Below, one piece after another: positions 40,124-52,900 of a DNA stretch of 64,000 nucleotides. Origin of the DNA: Yuukianura sp. NJ FZ-2021. Its lineage: Eukaryota. Position numbers and translations under genes: made by a program. How positions within the stretch are numbered: position 1 is the stretch's first letter; every line of letters begins with the position of its first letter. The stretch lies in assembly GCA_046563655.1 (NCBI GenBank), contig CM102286.1, forward strand, positions 5,828,001-5,892,000, written 5' to 3'. The notes beneath the pieces were generated by a model. That model did no database searches and was not told where the DNA came from. It saw nothing but the letters and a program-made list of their open reading frames with translations.

Positions 40124-41734
40124 TTCGTAACTTGCTTGATTTCAACTCACTCAGTGGATTTCAATCGTCCTCCGCTTCTGCAGCTGTTACGTACGTTAGG
40201 CTAATTCAGCACACCCTTGACCCGAGCCGAAAGGTATTCTCTTTGTAATGGTGCTTCGGTGCTTGATTGTAATTGTCGTAATTGGAGAATACTTTGGTTT
40301 TGGACGTAACTTACGCTAAGCTGTAGAACAACACTATATCTCAAATGCTAAATTAGATCAATGATTAATTAAATTTAATACAATGTAGTTAAATACTAAA
40401 TCAGCAATTGCCGTTCGTTCTTCCTTCCTCCAGTTGCAATGTTCAGCGAGAAAACTCAGCCACCACTAAAAGGCATATGAGAAATGGTCGCTTATGGGGT
40501 ATAGGAAACGCTTATACTAGCACGATATATACCAAATCAGGGGTGCGTAACTAGGGTGCGGTAATGTCGAGGCGCCCAAAGATTTTTTTTTATAATTTTG
40601 CGTTTCTTCTCTATCTTGTTTCTCTTGGCTTAACTATAAATTCTCAGCCAATTTTTATAATTGACCATTATTAATGAGTCATTAATTGTGCTAATCATTA
40701 ATCCATCTTTCACAATACACGAGTGTTACATTTTTCAAATAAGTAAATCTTCACCAATTATTTTTTTTGTATTTACGATTTTAAGTATGATGCATAATTG
40801 TTTACCAAAGTTTTGTTAAAAACTGCGTAAGCTCGTATTATCAATAGTACCCCCTGCTACATGAAATGTACGGAGTATGCCGAGAGTAGGTTAAATCACA
40901 ACGTGACCAATGCTTTTTGTATTCTGTAGCCACATTTCTGCCTGGAAGTTCTGAGCTGAAGTACTATAACAACAGCTAAAGGCAGCTCAATTAACTTTTG
41001 GATTTTTGCAGAGCGTTTTCCATCAGAGTTTGATTTAAATTATAATTTATTAATCGTTATGGTTTTTGATAAAACTATAACTTCATACGTACTACTACTA
41101 ACTACTATACACTATGACGCCTTATCTTCTGTAGCGCACCTCGAAATACCCGCACGATGAAATGCACATGTGTGGTATTCCCACAATTTCCCTACTGACA
41201 ACAGTAATAAAAAACCACCCACTTCGAAACACGAGAGTTGCGCCAAATGTATACAGCACAACCCATTTACAGCTATAAACAGGAACTAACATTTTTCTCT
41301 AAAAGTAGTAATTAAGTTAGTTAAAAATTAAATCTGTGACAGTACAATTTAAATAACCGATGGCTTGCTGAAACTACTAAATCAAGAACATGAACACATA
41401 TTATATTTTTAAAATCAGTTCATACGTTGCTTGTTGGAGGAAAACGAGTTTTTGGCGCAAAACTCGCTGTGCGATTTGTTTAAAAATTGAATTGTTTTGT
41501 TTTTTTTTATCTGCTGAGCTGAGGAGGATAGGATAGGGAGAGATGCTGCTGGACTGGAACCCGTGCATAGCCAGCCATACGCATGGTTTTTGGATGGGAG
41601 GGTGGTGGATCCTTTTCATTAAGTCAAGTGAGGGGGAATTTTGCGTACTATTTCATTGTTGCGTGTTTTCAAGATAAATACGGGGAAATCAGAAAGCGAA
41701 CAAGGAAAGAGGGAGTTTTGGACAGGAAGACCCT

Positions 41735-44044
41735 GGTATGGAGGGATTCTGGTGGCTAAATTATTTTAAATTTTCGCGCGTTAAAAAACGTTTCGCGCAT
41801 TAAAAACGACAGTTTCCGCCAATTAAAACAATGCGCGAAAACTCTTTTTAATTGGCGGAACGTTTATTGCAGAAAAAGTAAATTGCAGGAAAAAATCAAT
41901 TGCAGTAACTCTATTGCAGTAAAAACTCGTTTTTTTACCATTTCAAAATTTGTCTTTTACCATTTAAAATTTTGCCATTTACCATTTAAAGTTTTGTCAT
42001 TTACCATTTAAAAGCTTGTTTTTTACCATTTAAAAATTTTGTTATTTACCATTTAAACTTGTTTTTTACCATTTCAAACTTTTGTAATTTACCATTTAAA
42101 AACTTGTTTTTTACCATTTCAAAATTTTGTAATTTACCATTTCAGTTTTGTATTTTACCATTTCAAAATTTTGTAATTTACCATTTCAGTTTTGTATTTT
42201 GCCATTTCAAAATTTTGTAATTTACCATTTCAGTTCTGGATTTTACCATTTCAACTCTTGTCTTTTACCATTTCAAAGTTTGTCATTTAAAATCTTGTTT
42301 TTCGCCAATTGATTGCACTAAAAGTCCCATATGGCCTAGGTACCCGTTCGCAGATGGGCAAATAAATTATTCCTGATTTTAATCGTTTAAGTTATATTAA
42401 GTACATCATAAATATAAGAATAATTTACTAAAATTAATGCTTAATTTTTTGAATTAATTAAGTTAATACTTAAGGCGCCTTAGTGTTATTAAAAACAATG
42501 CTGGACTGTTTAGCAGTTTGAACTTGGACAATTTTACATTGACAAGACAAGGAGGAAGGCATTAGCCGGTTGAAGTAAGGTTTAACAAGAGTAAGTGTAG
42601 ACACTAATTGTAGCCGCATGCGGCTACGTTGCGTAGCTACAATGGCTATGTTTCTGTGGCAACATTAATAGGTAAGTGTGGGAAAATTTGCCTTGTCGTC
42701 GCTCTGTTCCACACGCGTATGCTAAAGTAAACTGGCAACATATTTTTCAAATTCCCTTTAATTAAGTGTGTAATATTTAATCCATTGAATTTGTTTTTCC
42801 TTTCCCGCGCCTTAGGCGCGATGTTAGTTACTAATCTTATCATAGTGCTTACAGTTATTTGAAGTTGGAGTTCGTGAAATTACCCGTAGTTCCGGAATTC
42901 ATGGGTGACTTGCTTGGGCGGCGACAGTTTCCGAATTCGATTCCCCGCACCTAAGGTGCGGTGTTAGGTAATAGGAATAGGGAAAGTGAATTCAATGAAC
43001 GAAACAGTACAGGAAACACATCTATAGGGTAGGCTTCTATGGCGTTTCATTCATTGCATTCCCTTTTCTTTTTCCACGACCAAGGCACGGTGTTAGGTTA
43101 TTTTAGTTTGTCTCTTTTAGAAGAGTCACTTCAAATTTACCTTTAAGACAGAAATTATCAATTGAGAAATTTAAATTTTGAATTTCGTGGTGTTACATTT
43201 AGGTCGTTAAACTTTACTTCAACCGGCAATTGACTTCGTCCTTGTAAATGTTCAAGTTCAAAATGGTGAACAGTCCAGCATTGTTTTTAATAAGACTAAG
43301 GCGCCTTAAATGTTAACCTAATTAATTCAAAAAATTAAGCATTAATTTTAGTAAATTATTCTTATATTTATGATGTACTTAATATACCTTAAACGATTAA
43401 AATCAGGAATAATTTATTTGCCCATCTGCGCACGGGTACCTAGGCCATATGGGACTTTTAGTGCAATCAATTGGCGAAAAACAAGATTTTAAATGACAAA
43501 CTTTGAAATGGTAAAAGACAAGAGTTGAAATGGTAAAATCCAGAACTGAAATGGTAAATTACAAAATTTTGAAATGGCAAAATACAAAACTGAAATGGTA
43601 AATTACAAAATTTTGAAATGGTAAAATACAAAACTGAAATGGTAAATTACAAAATTTTGAAATGGTAAAAAACAAGTTTTTAAATGGTAAATTACAAAAG
43701 TTTGAAATGGTAAAAAACAAGTTTAAATGGTAAATAACAAAATTTTTAAATGGTAAAAAACAAGCTTTTAAATGGTAAATGACAAAACTTTAAATGGTAA
43801 ATGGCAAAATTTTAAATGGTAAAAGACAAATTTTGAAATGGTAAAAAAACGAGTTTTTACTGCAATAGAGTTACTGCAATTGATTTTTTCCTGCAATTTA
43901 CTTTTTCTGCAATAAACGTTCCGCCAATTAAAAAGAGTTTTCGCGCATTGTTTTAATTGGCGGAAACTGTCGTTTTTAATGCGCGAAACGTTTTTTAACG
44001 CGCGAAAATTTAAAATAATTTAGCCACCAGAATCCCTCCATACC
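41735..44044. mobile_element. 2.3-kb non-autonomous Foldback-type DNA transposon with ~870-bp inverted arms and ~590-bp non-coding spacer
   Basis: 41735 GGTATGGAGGGATTCTGGTGGC... is the reverse complement of ...GCCACCAGAATCCCTCCATACC 44044. Arms span ~41735-42605 and ~43190-44044. Flanking direct repeat CCCTGG/CCTG/CT, with TSD length ambiguous. No transposase ORF. Confidence 0.93.
41930..42295. repeat. ~20-bp tandem subrepeat array (TTTACCATTT core, roughly 18 units) in the left Foldback arm; mirrored at ~43485-43850
   Basis: Units such as TTTTACCATTTCAAAATTTTG are visible directly; the AAATGGTAAA mirror array lies in the right arm. Confidence 0.9.
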
Positions 44045-44634
44045 CTGGAACTAATATCTCCCTTGTCCCTGCATTCCATTGTTCCGATATCCGTGGATCC
44101 TCTTATACCAAATCCACATCTATATCCACTTAATCCACCTCACCTGGTCATTTCACACTTTGGAAGTAAGTGGAAGATACTCTCTCTAGTCATTATCATG
44201 ATTTCTCCAGGCGATTCATGTGAAGTGTCTATCACGTAAGTAACTAAGCAACTATCCGGACAACCACTTGATTCCCACTCACAGAATCACTCCTCATTTG
44301 CATTCACTACCAGTCCCCTCAGCCTCATCTTCACAGACACTCTCAGAAGCCTCATCTTCAACAACAACCAACTACAATACAATCATCATCTCCTCTACAG
44401 TTCAATGTCAAACCAGCTTCTTCCGTAAGAACTCAACTGGTCGATCTGTGCGGATGTGGATCCATGAAATTTACCCAACTTGTCCATCACCACACCACCA
44501 ACCAGTCAGTCCTGCATCTTACAATCAAGTCGTCCTGCTATTTGGCCATTCCATTAACTGACTGCCACTGCTCATTTTGTGATATTTGGATATTGCAATA
44601 AGAGTACAGCAGATTCCATCGTACACTATCTTTT

Positions 44635-45710
44635 CCGGAAGTGAACCACAGAATTAGCAAGCTCGTAGGTGGCGTAGGAACGCGTTTCGTTGACGAGGAA
44701 CGGACCCAGGCGGAAGGAAGCGGACATTTTAGAAGATTTTGCAGAGCTACGGATGATGGACCACCAAGGACCTCTAGACTACAGCTAGTATTTCCGGAAG
44801 TTCCAAAGCGTAAATGGATCGTGAAAGTTAGACTGACATTCATTCGGATTACAGGTGAGTAAAATACCCGTGCAATTAGTAGTAAAAGGGCATGTACCAC
44901 TGTTTTACGAGGCTAAGTTGTGTAGAGTATATATTTAAGTTTGTACATCTTTACGAGTTATACGATTTGACGTTAGTACTTAACTTAACAATTTTGAACC
45001 AATTATTTTAAAAATTATACGAACGGTTCAGGGCCCACCGATACTTTCATAGTCGATTCGAAGAATCCAGCCCTCCGAAGAACTAAGAAGCATCTTGGCA
45101 ATCAACCTTTTAGTTCTTGCAAACAGTCAATTCATTTGTGAACATTTTACTTTCTTTTATCTGTTTCAGCGCGTATTAAATTGGTAACAACAAGGCCTCA
45201 AATCGGTACAATTTTTTAAAATGTAATATGTTTGATGCATTTTGGCCGAACAACTAATTCTTACTTTTTCATCACTACTTCGTAATTATCACTTTACTTT
45301 GAATGCGTGTTACAATTTAAATCTTTTAATTACTTTTAAATCTATGTAGATATAAAAGTAATTTGTCAATTTGTAGTTTTATGAGTTGTAATGTTTATGT
45401 AGATCTGTATTGGAAATACTTAAGTTAAAACACAAAGCAGGAGCAACCAACTAAACTACGAAAACGATTTTGAAGTTTGCAAATTTTGCGACTCATTCGG
45501 TTTTGTTTTTTCTTTGGCCTTTATTAATCGTTTTATTTTCCGCTTGAGTGGGCTCTCTTTCTGCTAACATTGAAGCATTCACTTGCCACCACATTAACAA
45601 CTATTTGGCTCTGAGAGCATCATTTCCTGTTTCAATTAACAAGGCATGTTTTGTGTGTAAGTGAGATGGCGTCTGGTGGACGCCAATAACACACCCGGAA
45701 GTGACTCATT
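44635..45710 (+). promoter_or_regulatory. Cluster of ETS (GABP-type) sites around the 5' end of the GABPA-like gene
   Basis: CCGGAAGTG at 44635-44643, CCGGAAGT at 44794-44801, and CCGGAAGTG at 45695-45703 overlapping TGACTCA. A YY1-like AGATGGCG (~45664) and CCAAT (~45683) are nearby. Candidate first-exon donor CAG|GTGAGT at ~44854. Confidence 0.5.
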
Positions 45711-46290
45711 GATTATTATTATATTGTCTATTCTTATCCAAGTCGGTACGAACTTTATTACAGTTTCACAAGGAAGGAACTTTCAATAGCACCGAACGTT
45801 AGTTTGCAATACTAGTTGTAGAAGAATCAATCGCTGCTTCCGTGTTGAACACAATTGTAATATTTGACATTACTCACCTCAGTCTGGAATCAGGACTCGC
45901 AAATTAGGTCTCTTTCAAATTCCTTTTCCGTGTTCCAAGCATACTCCAGCTTTACACTTCATAATTTCGGAACTCTCAGTTCGTTTTGTCTTTCCTCTGG
46001 CTTTCCAATTGATTCTTTTGTTTTGAAACTGATTTGGGTTATAACTCTTACTAGTATATTGTTTTAAGTGCTTAAGTAAGAGCTAAAGTTCGTTTGGTTT
46101 TATAACTCATTGTGTACATAAAGACTACAGTAAGAGTCTCCACTTCTAACTTGTAAGAAAGAATAGGATAGAAAACTTCCTTAACTAGTCTTAATTATCC
46201 AATTCGATTTTCTGTTGAGCTAAAAACTAACCACTCATGCCTGTTTTTTTCTCTTTGTAGGAAGTTACGGAAGTCAGTCTTTTCCAGCTA

Positions 46291-48333
46291 ATGGGTTCTG
46301 AAGGATTGGTGAAGCACTCAGGACTGACCATCAGTCCGTTGGAGATGTCTGGGAAACGAAGCTACCAAGATCAAGGAGACAACTGCGAGGCGGAAGACTT
46401 GTCAATGCCAGTTCGGAAGAAGCTAAAAGCGGCTCAAACGTCCAAGCATGGTGATTTACGTTTAAATTTTGTACGTGTTGGCATGATTTGCTAATCGCTT
46501 TTTGTTTGTTTTTTATTCTAGGGACCAAAGGAGAACAATCGCGACGTGATCAGTTGAAACACAACATAGCGGGCACAATACAGTCGTTAGCAATTGAAAT
46601 GGATATCAAGGAACCGCTTACAACGCTGCAATCTTTAGTCGAAGAAAGAATAGGAGTGAGAGGTTTGTCTTCTTCAGGCATCTTTCTACAAGGCAAAATT
46701 AAGGTATACATTTCTACGTAAACTTTTTTGGATTTGATTAAGTTTATGTATTTATTCATATTTATATCTCCAATGTATACATTATCTTTTCAGATGAACC
46801 CGGCATCCTCACTTGGAGATCAATGTATCAAAAGCGATGGTCGAGCAGAGATCAAGATGGAGGTTACTGTTGTACTGGGTGGAATTAGTCGAATTAATAT
46901 TGTGGACGTGCTGAGGCTTTCACAGGATGACGACGAGGAGGATCAGGATGATTTACAAGAAGAAGAGTGCGAAGACACCAGCTCAGTAGAAGACTTGAGT
47001 ATAAAGACTAACAACAACTACAACGATGGGCAGCTGGATGATCGATCTGGATCTGAATCGAGCTGTATCAGTGACAGTAGTTCAAGTCCAAGATCATCGC
47101 CTTTCCCTTGGTGTATTCTTCATGACGTCGTTTCTCTGTTCCCAATTACTTTACCAAAAGGTGAGTTTAAACTGTGTGTTTATTAAAATTATAAGATTCA
47201 CTAACTTATGAATGAATGTTCGTATCAAGAAAGGCACCTTCTCCTCTCCTTCACACAAATCATGTGAAGGCGAATAATTCATGTGATGTGCGAATACCAA
47301 ACAGTTTTAGTTAAATCCATCTGACACTTAATTTGTATTCTTGTTTTTTGCAGACCCATTAGGCTGGACAATTGAACATACTCAACATTGGCTGAGGTGG
47401 GCACTCAAGGAGTTCAATATCAAATTCGTTGATGACTCCATGTGGGCTTTAGGAGGGGAAGAATTGTCTCAGATAACTGAAGAAGAATTTCATAAGAAAG
47501 TGCCTCTTGATCCAAAAAAGTTATTTTGGACTCATACTGAATTGCTCAGGAAATGTCAAATTTTTGGTAAGAATAAAAGAACTCTCCTCCTAAATATTAG
47601 TAAGTGAGTCGTCAGTGGTGCTTTGATGTGTAGCTAATGGTAACTTTCTAATTTGTGAACTTGTTTTTGTTCGGTTCCTTAGCAGTCCCTGATAAAAGTG
47701 GGCAACGATCCCAGGCAACCATTGGTGGTAATGAAATCAAGGCTACGAAAAAGACAAATCCCCGAAAACCACGACCTGTGCCTATGACCTCGATCCGTAA
47801 GTTGATTTGTAAGGATTTGTAAACGTGACCCGGTTTGACTTATTCTGGATACTTTAGCGTCAGGTGGAAATGGAAACTTGAGGCGCGCAACAATGACAGG
47901 TCATAATGGACAAATTCAACTCTGGCAGTTTCTCCTGGAACTCCTTGGTGACAAAAGTAGTAAAAACGTTATACAGTGGGTTGGGAGAGAAGGAGAGTTC
48001 AAACTGAATGACCCGGAATTAGTTGCTCAAATGTGGGGTCAAAGGAAGAATAAGCCGAAAATGAACTACGAAAAATTAAGTCGTGCTCTGCGATATTACT
48101 ACTCGGAAGCTATGATTGCTAAGGTACGTTGACCCCTACATCTCAACACGACACACCATTTTGTATTTATGTAAAAATTATGAACGAATTTGTGTAATTC
48201 TGCGTTCCAGGTCCACGGAAGGCGATTTGTGTACAAATTCGTGTGCAATTTGAAAGAGCTTATTGGTTACTCCACAGAAGAATTAATTAATCTAGTGGAT
48301 GAAGAATCAGTGGGAGTAGAAGCGTACGATTAA
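46291..48333 (+). CDS. GABPA: GA-binding protein alpha / Ets97D-like ETS transcription factor (OST, PNT and ETS domains), 7 coding exons
   Basis: OST-like [19 protein letters not shown]...IFLQ...[31 protein letters not shown]...[28 protein letters not shown]...[23 protein letters not shown]...[22 protein letters not shown]. Confidence 0.9.
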
Positions 48334-49844
48334 CCAGCTTTTTCGAACTGCATATATAACGGTGATTAGTGAACTTTAATCCAAAAACGGCTCACATTCC
48401 AAGCATAACTACAAATCTAAAAACCGATATTGTCAACCACGAACATTCCTAGAATTTAGCTAACTTGGCAGTACATTTAGAGTAACCGGGATTCTTTTTG
48501 TTTCTATTTGGATTGAGAATCTCTCATCGAAAACCCCGAGAGTTAGAGTGATTTGTTAGCATTGCCTTGTGCAAAATCATGTTTATTTGTGTTACTGCGT
48601 CAGGAGTAGGATATTATTGTTTTAGTTTATTATGATTCTAAATCAAACTAAACTGCTATTATTTACGATACAATGAATCTTGTCTGGTCACCACGAAATT
48701 TTGACAAATTTAGCAAATAGTTGTGCCATATCTGTAACACGGGAGGAACTAGGGGGAAGACGAATTCTTTAGTGATGATATTACTGTTATTTTACTAATT
48801 AGTTGTGTTTCGGGAAACGGAGATTACTGAAATACAATTAAAGCAGGGCAGAAGTTAGGTTTTAAGTTACTCTGTATTCGTCGTGCTAACAAAAATCCAG
48901 AGGGGCCATAATATAACTATTAGACAACCTTACCTTAACTACTCTGTACATTATATTCCTTATACAAATTCATATATTTCTTAAGTACTACCTGTTAGGG
49001 ATTTAGACTTCAAACTTGGGTGTTTGTAGAAATGACGCCGAGAGAAAACTTATTTCCCCGAACACACCGAATTCCGGTCAATTCCGGGTTTTACAAATTG
49101 CCTGCCCCTTCCCCTTCATATAAGCTGCAACCATTTATAATGTCTCTGCGTTCTACGAACAGTTAGGATTATTTACAAGTGTATACTGAAACATTTAGGA
49201 AGCGGTTCTTGTATCTTTACATCTGAGAACGTAGGGAATTGAAGGATATACTAATACGTATCAAGATATTGAAAATATCTAAACGAAATAATATATATTT
49301 TACAGAAACGAAGGTTGTCCCCTTATGAAAATGTTTTAGTAAATGTTTAGAAATTCTATTTCAAAACTGTGCCTTTCCTTTACTTTACGTTTAAAATGGG
49401 TATCATTTCGTATGTAGTCAACTTAACCCTTTAAAATGTTTATTTAAAACTTATGTCTTAATTTTCTTCTTTATATTGTAATTTGTTACTAAACTTCCGA
49501 ATTATGTAACTCCTACAACACTACTATTTGTTGCAGTCCCTTTTAGTAATACTTGTCTTTAAGTTCTGCTCCGAACATTGGACAATACAAAAGTACAGAG
49601 TTGTTTGTGACAGTTCAAATGAAAGTGATTCCAATTTATTTTTTAGCTGAAATTTGTTCAAGAAAATTGCACTTTCAAATAATTTATGCAGCACCTAAAA
49701 AGCCACACTTCTATTTCATAAAAAAAATTTTACACGATATTTTTTATTTCAATTTCAAATTGGCTTTGAAGTCTTAAAACTGATTTGAAGTTTGAAATTT
49801 TTGGTGGAGGTAAGGATGAACGAACGTCATTGTAACGCACACAC

Positions 49845-49995
49845 TCCAGCCATTTTTGTGGCTACAATGGGCGACTACACCTGCATGGCAACTTGTAGCC
49901 ACTTTTACCCAACCTAAACAAAAGTGGCAACATAAGTTGCCGTACAGTGCAGCCTTCCATTTTAGCCGCAGGGTGTCTACACTAGAAGGCTGCGG
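49845..49995. repeat. ~150-bp imperfect palindrome, probable decayed MITE
   Basis: Inner arms GGCAACTTGTAGCCACTTTT and AAAAGTGGCAACATAAGTTGCC around a 13-nt loop. Outer arms TGTGGCTACAATGG and CCATTTTAGCCGCA. No clear TSD. Confidence 0.5.
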
Positions 49996-52900
49996 CTGCG
50001 ATGAAGTTCGTCAAACCTGTACGTGTACATGAACAAAATGTTGACTTGTAGAGGGTATTACAATGTTGAAAAAAAGAAAGTCGCTTGCTCGCTGCGTTAG
50101 AGATAACGCTAGAAAACTCAGGAAAGCAAAAAGTAGATTTTCTTCCATTCTTTTTTGCAAATGTAAGTTGAGATTAATTTTTGTTTGCAAAGTCTATGGC
50201 CAGTCTAGTCAGAAGTTAGAATAAATAAGTCTGATTTTTTGCAAATGTGTAACAAGTAGACGAACCAAAAGCCTGCTCTGAAAATCATAAAGGAACTCTA
50301 TTGCCAAAACTTTTGCGAATTTCTGCAGTCCCTCATTTTTGCAAGATATAAACTGAGACAGTAAAAAAAAACGTAAAGTAGGTCGTGGAAGAGTTAGAAA
50401 AATTGAGCAAACGCTGCTTGCTACTGTTGCTTCCCTCTCTCCCTTGTATTTCCAGCTCTCTTTCTAAAAAGCAGGTTTCAGTCCGCATTCGCAAAACATA
50501 CTTGAACTTTTTTTGCAACAAGATATTTGCACATACATTCACATGTGCCTGCCTTCCATGTATGTTTCTTGTGGTGCTTAGGAAGGAAAAAGCCCAGTTC
50601 CCAATGCCAAAACCTTAACCTAGCCTCACAGTTGAGCCTTGGACATGATGGAGACGCTTCTAAGAGGCAGTGAAAGTGGAACAGGAAACCGCCGGTTGAT
50701 ATGGCTTATTCCATGGCAGTGAAAAGTGAAAGTGTTCAAGTGGTAGTGAGTAATCAAGAATTAAAGGCTAGATTAATTGCCTTCCTTTGGGAAAAACTAA
50801 TTACTTTGGATCTGGTTCAATTCACAATTCCATTTGTAATTCAAGCCATTTTTAAGTAGTAACTTGTTGATTTGGTGTACATAACTACAGCTTCTGAATA
50901 ATTACAATGATTAATTTCATGCGACCGTTTTTTAGACAAAACTGGCAAAAATTTGAGATCGGACAAAATGAAAAATAGCATATTCGAAGTTCGCTACCGA
51001 ATAAGGTAGGTAACTCCTCTGATGTTTTTTGTGGCTTATTCTAGTTAATGCATTTTAATCGGAACTGTTTTTAGTCATTTCGATGCTTTTTGATTTTTTT
51101 TGCAACTCAGTTTGAAGTTACAAGAAATTCTCCGTTAAGTTTTGCAACGTTGAAAATTTATTTTTATGAGCTACAACCACAAAAACTTTACTTATAAGCT
51201 TTCATTACGTTTTTAATTAAAAACAGAAACCACATGCCAAATTCCGCCTAATGACTTGAAAGTGTAAATATTTCGTTTGTGTTGTGCAAACTTTTAGTTT
51301 CAAATGTGTATTTAAAAATAATTTTTGCTTTTTGAAATAAGTGGAACCCACTTGATTACAGATAAATTGAACCGAAATTCTAGTTTGCTGTTTTACTGAT
51401 ATGAAATTGATGTGAGAAACTAATTGTATGTTGATAAAATCTAAAGCAAGACGATATGCTAATCGTAAGCTACTAGGAATTAAATGGGGAAGCAATGATT
51501 TTGATATAACAGTGTTTTTTGTGAACCACAATTCAAATGTCCTCCAGAACTTGCAGCCTAATTGAATTCGGATTTTCTAGAAATGTATAAGAGATAACGA
51601 AAACACATCCCGCAGCTAACATCAAAAAAGAGCCTGACACAATTTGAAATGCAGCCCGAGATGCTTTCATTTTTTGTTAAACCTGCCGAGATTCCATTAC
51701 GCCGAAATCTGAAAAAATCCTAAAACATGAGTAATTCTTGTTTTGCTTTTACGAGGAAAAGCGAGAATGATGATTTGTGAATAAGGAGTCTGTGTGCCAT
51801 AGTTCATTGTTGGCAGGCAGCCAGTACGGAATGTCCAATTTAGTCTTGTTGCCTCTTGCGTCTCCCCAGAGAAAGTACTTTCGCTGCTAGATACACAAGT
51901 TGAAGGGACTCGTTTCTGCTTTCCCTATGTCTCGGCTCATTCTGTCTCCTTGGCAAAAGTTCTCACCGACGATGGCAGGTCACGGACTTTCTCAAAGAAA
52001 AAAAGTTGCAGATCAATACTGTCTGGCATTCACGTACTAGACGCACTCTTGTCAGCAATTCTCCATCATATAGAGGCACATGCATGTCCACTGTTTTTAG
52101 TGCCAGAGAAAGATCCAGCCATATAACTCTATTTTGGAGAAGTGAAAGTCATGCGGTAGAAATAACAGATTTGTGGTGGAGCATGAATGTTGAGGTGGTC
52201 AGGGAAAATGAAAAAATGAGAAAAACAAGTCAATATCAAATACATTTTGATGTTGGTATATGAATACTTAAATGGATTTATCTTTAGTGCAGGTTAAGAA
52301 AATTTCATTGCTACACAATTTCAACATCATGGTGGTCTAACTACAACCGAAAAAGCAAATAAAGAAACAACAAAGAATTCTCCTGCAGTGAAAATATTTC
52401 ATATGATTATGGCGAAAAAGTCAAGTGCTTCCGCTTCTCAATTTCGAATGACAATTTGCTCCTAAAGTTCAAAAGAAAAACAGCCAAAAGTTTGTCTAAT
52501 ATTCAACTTGTTAATTCTCGTTTTGTGATTTCCTAACGTCGGTCTGAACCTTTTGAACTAACTATTCGGTTTATATTATAAGGAGGTTTTTTCTAAGTTT
52601 TAAATTTTATTTAGTTGTTTCTTGTTAAATTTTTTTTATCTGTTTTCAAATTTTTTGTTGCAGTTCTGGCGCTTTATACGCAGTCTTATTATGGTAGTAT
52701 TTCTGTAAAAGTTAAAGATTGTTGACTGTTTTGATCTCACTTTTAATTAATGTGCTGCTTAAGTAGCCTCAAAGCTCATAATCTAATTAACAATGACTTG
52801 CTGAATCACATAACAAATATGATTTAACACTAATTTTATTACCCATAACTTCAGTTATAACCAAAAGCTGCAACTTTGGATGCATCATCTTTGTGTGAAG

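Noticed and set aside
41930..43850. CRISPR-like regularly spaced repeats
   Set aside because: Units are contiguous tandem subrepeats without unique spacers, mirrored in an inverted arm, in a eukaryotic context with no cas genes.
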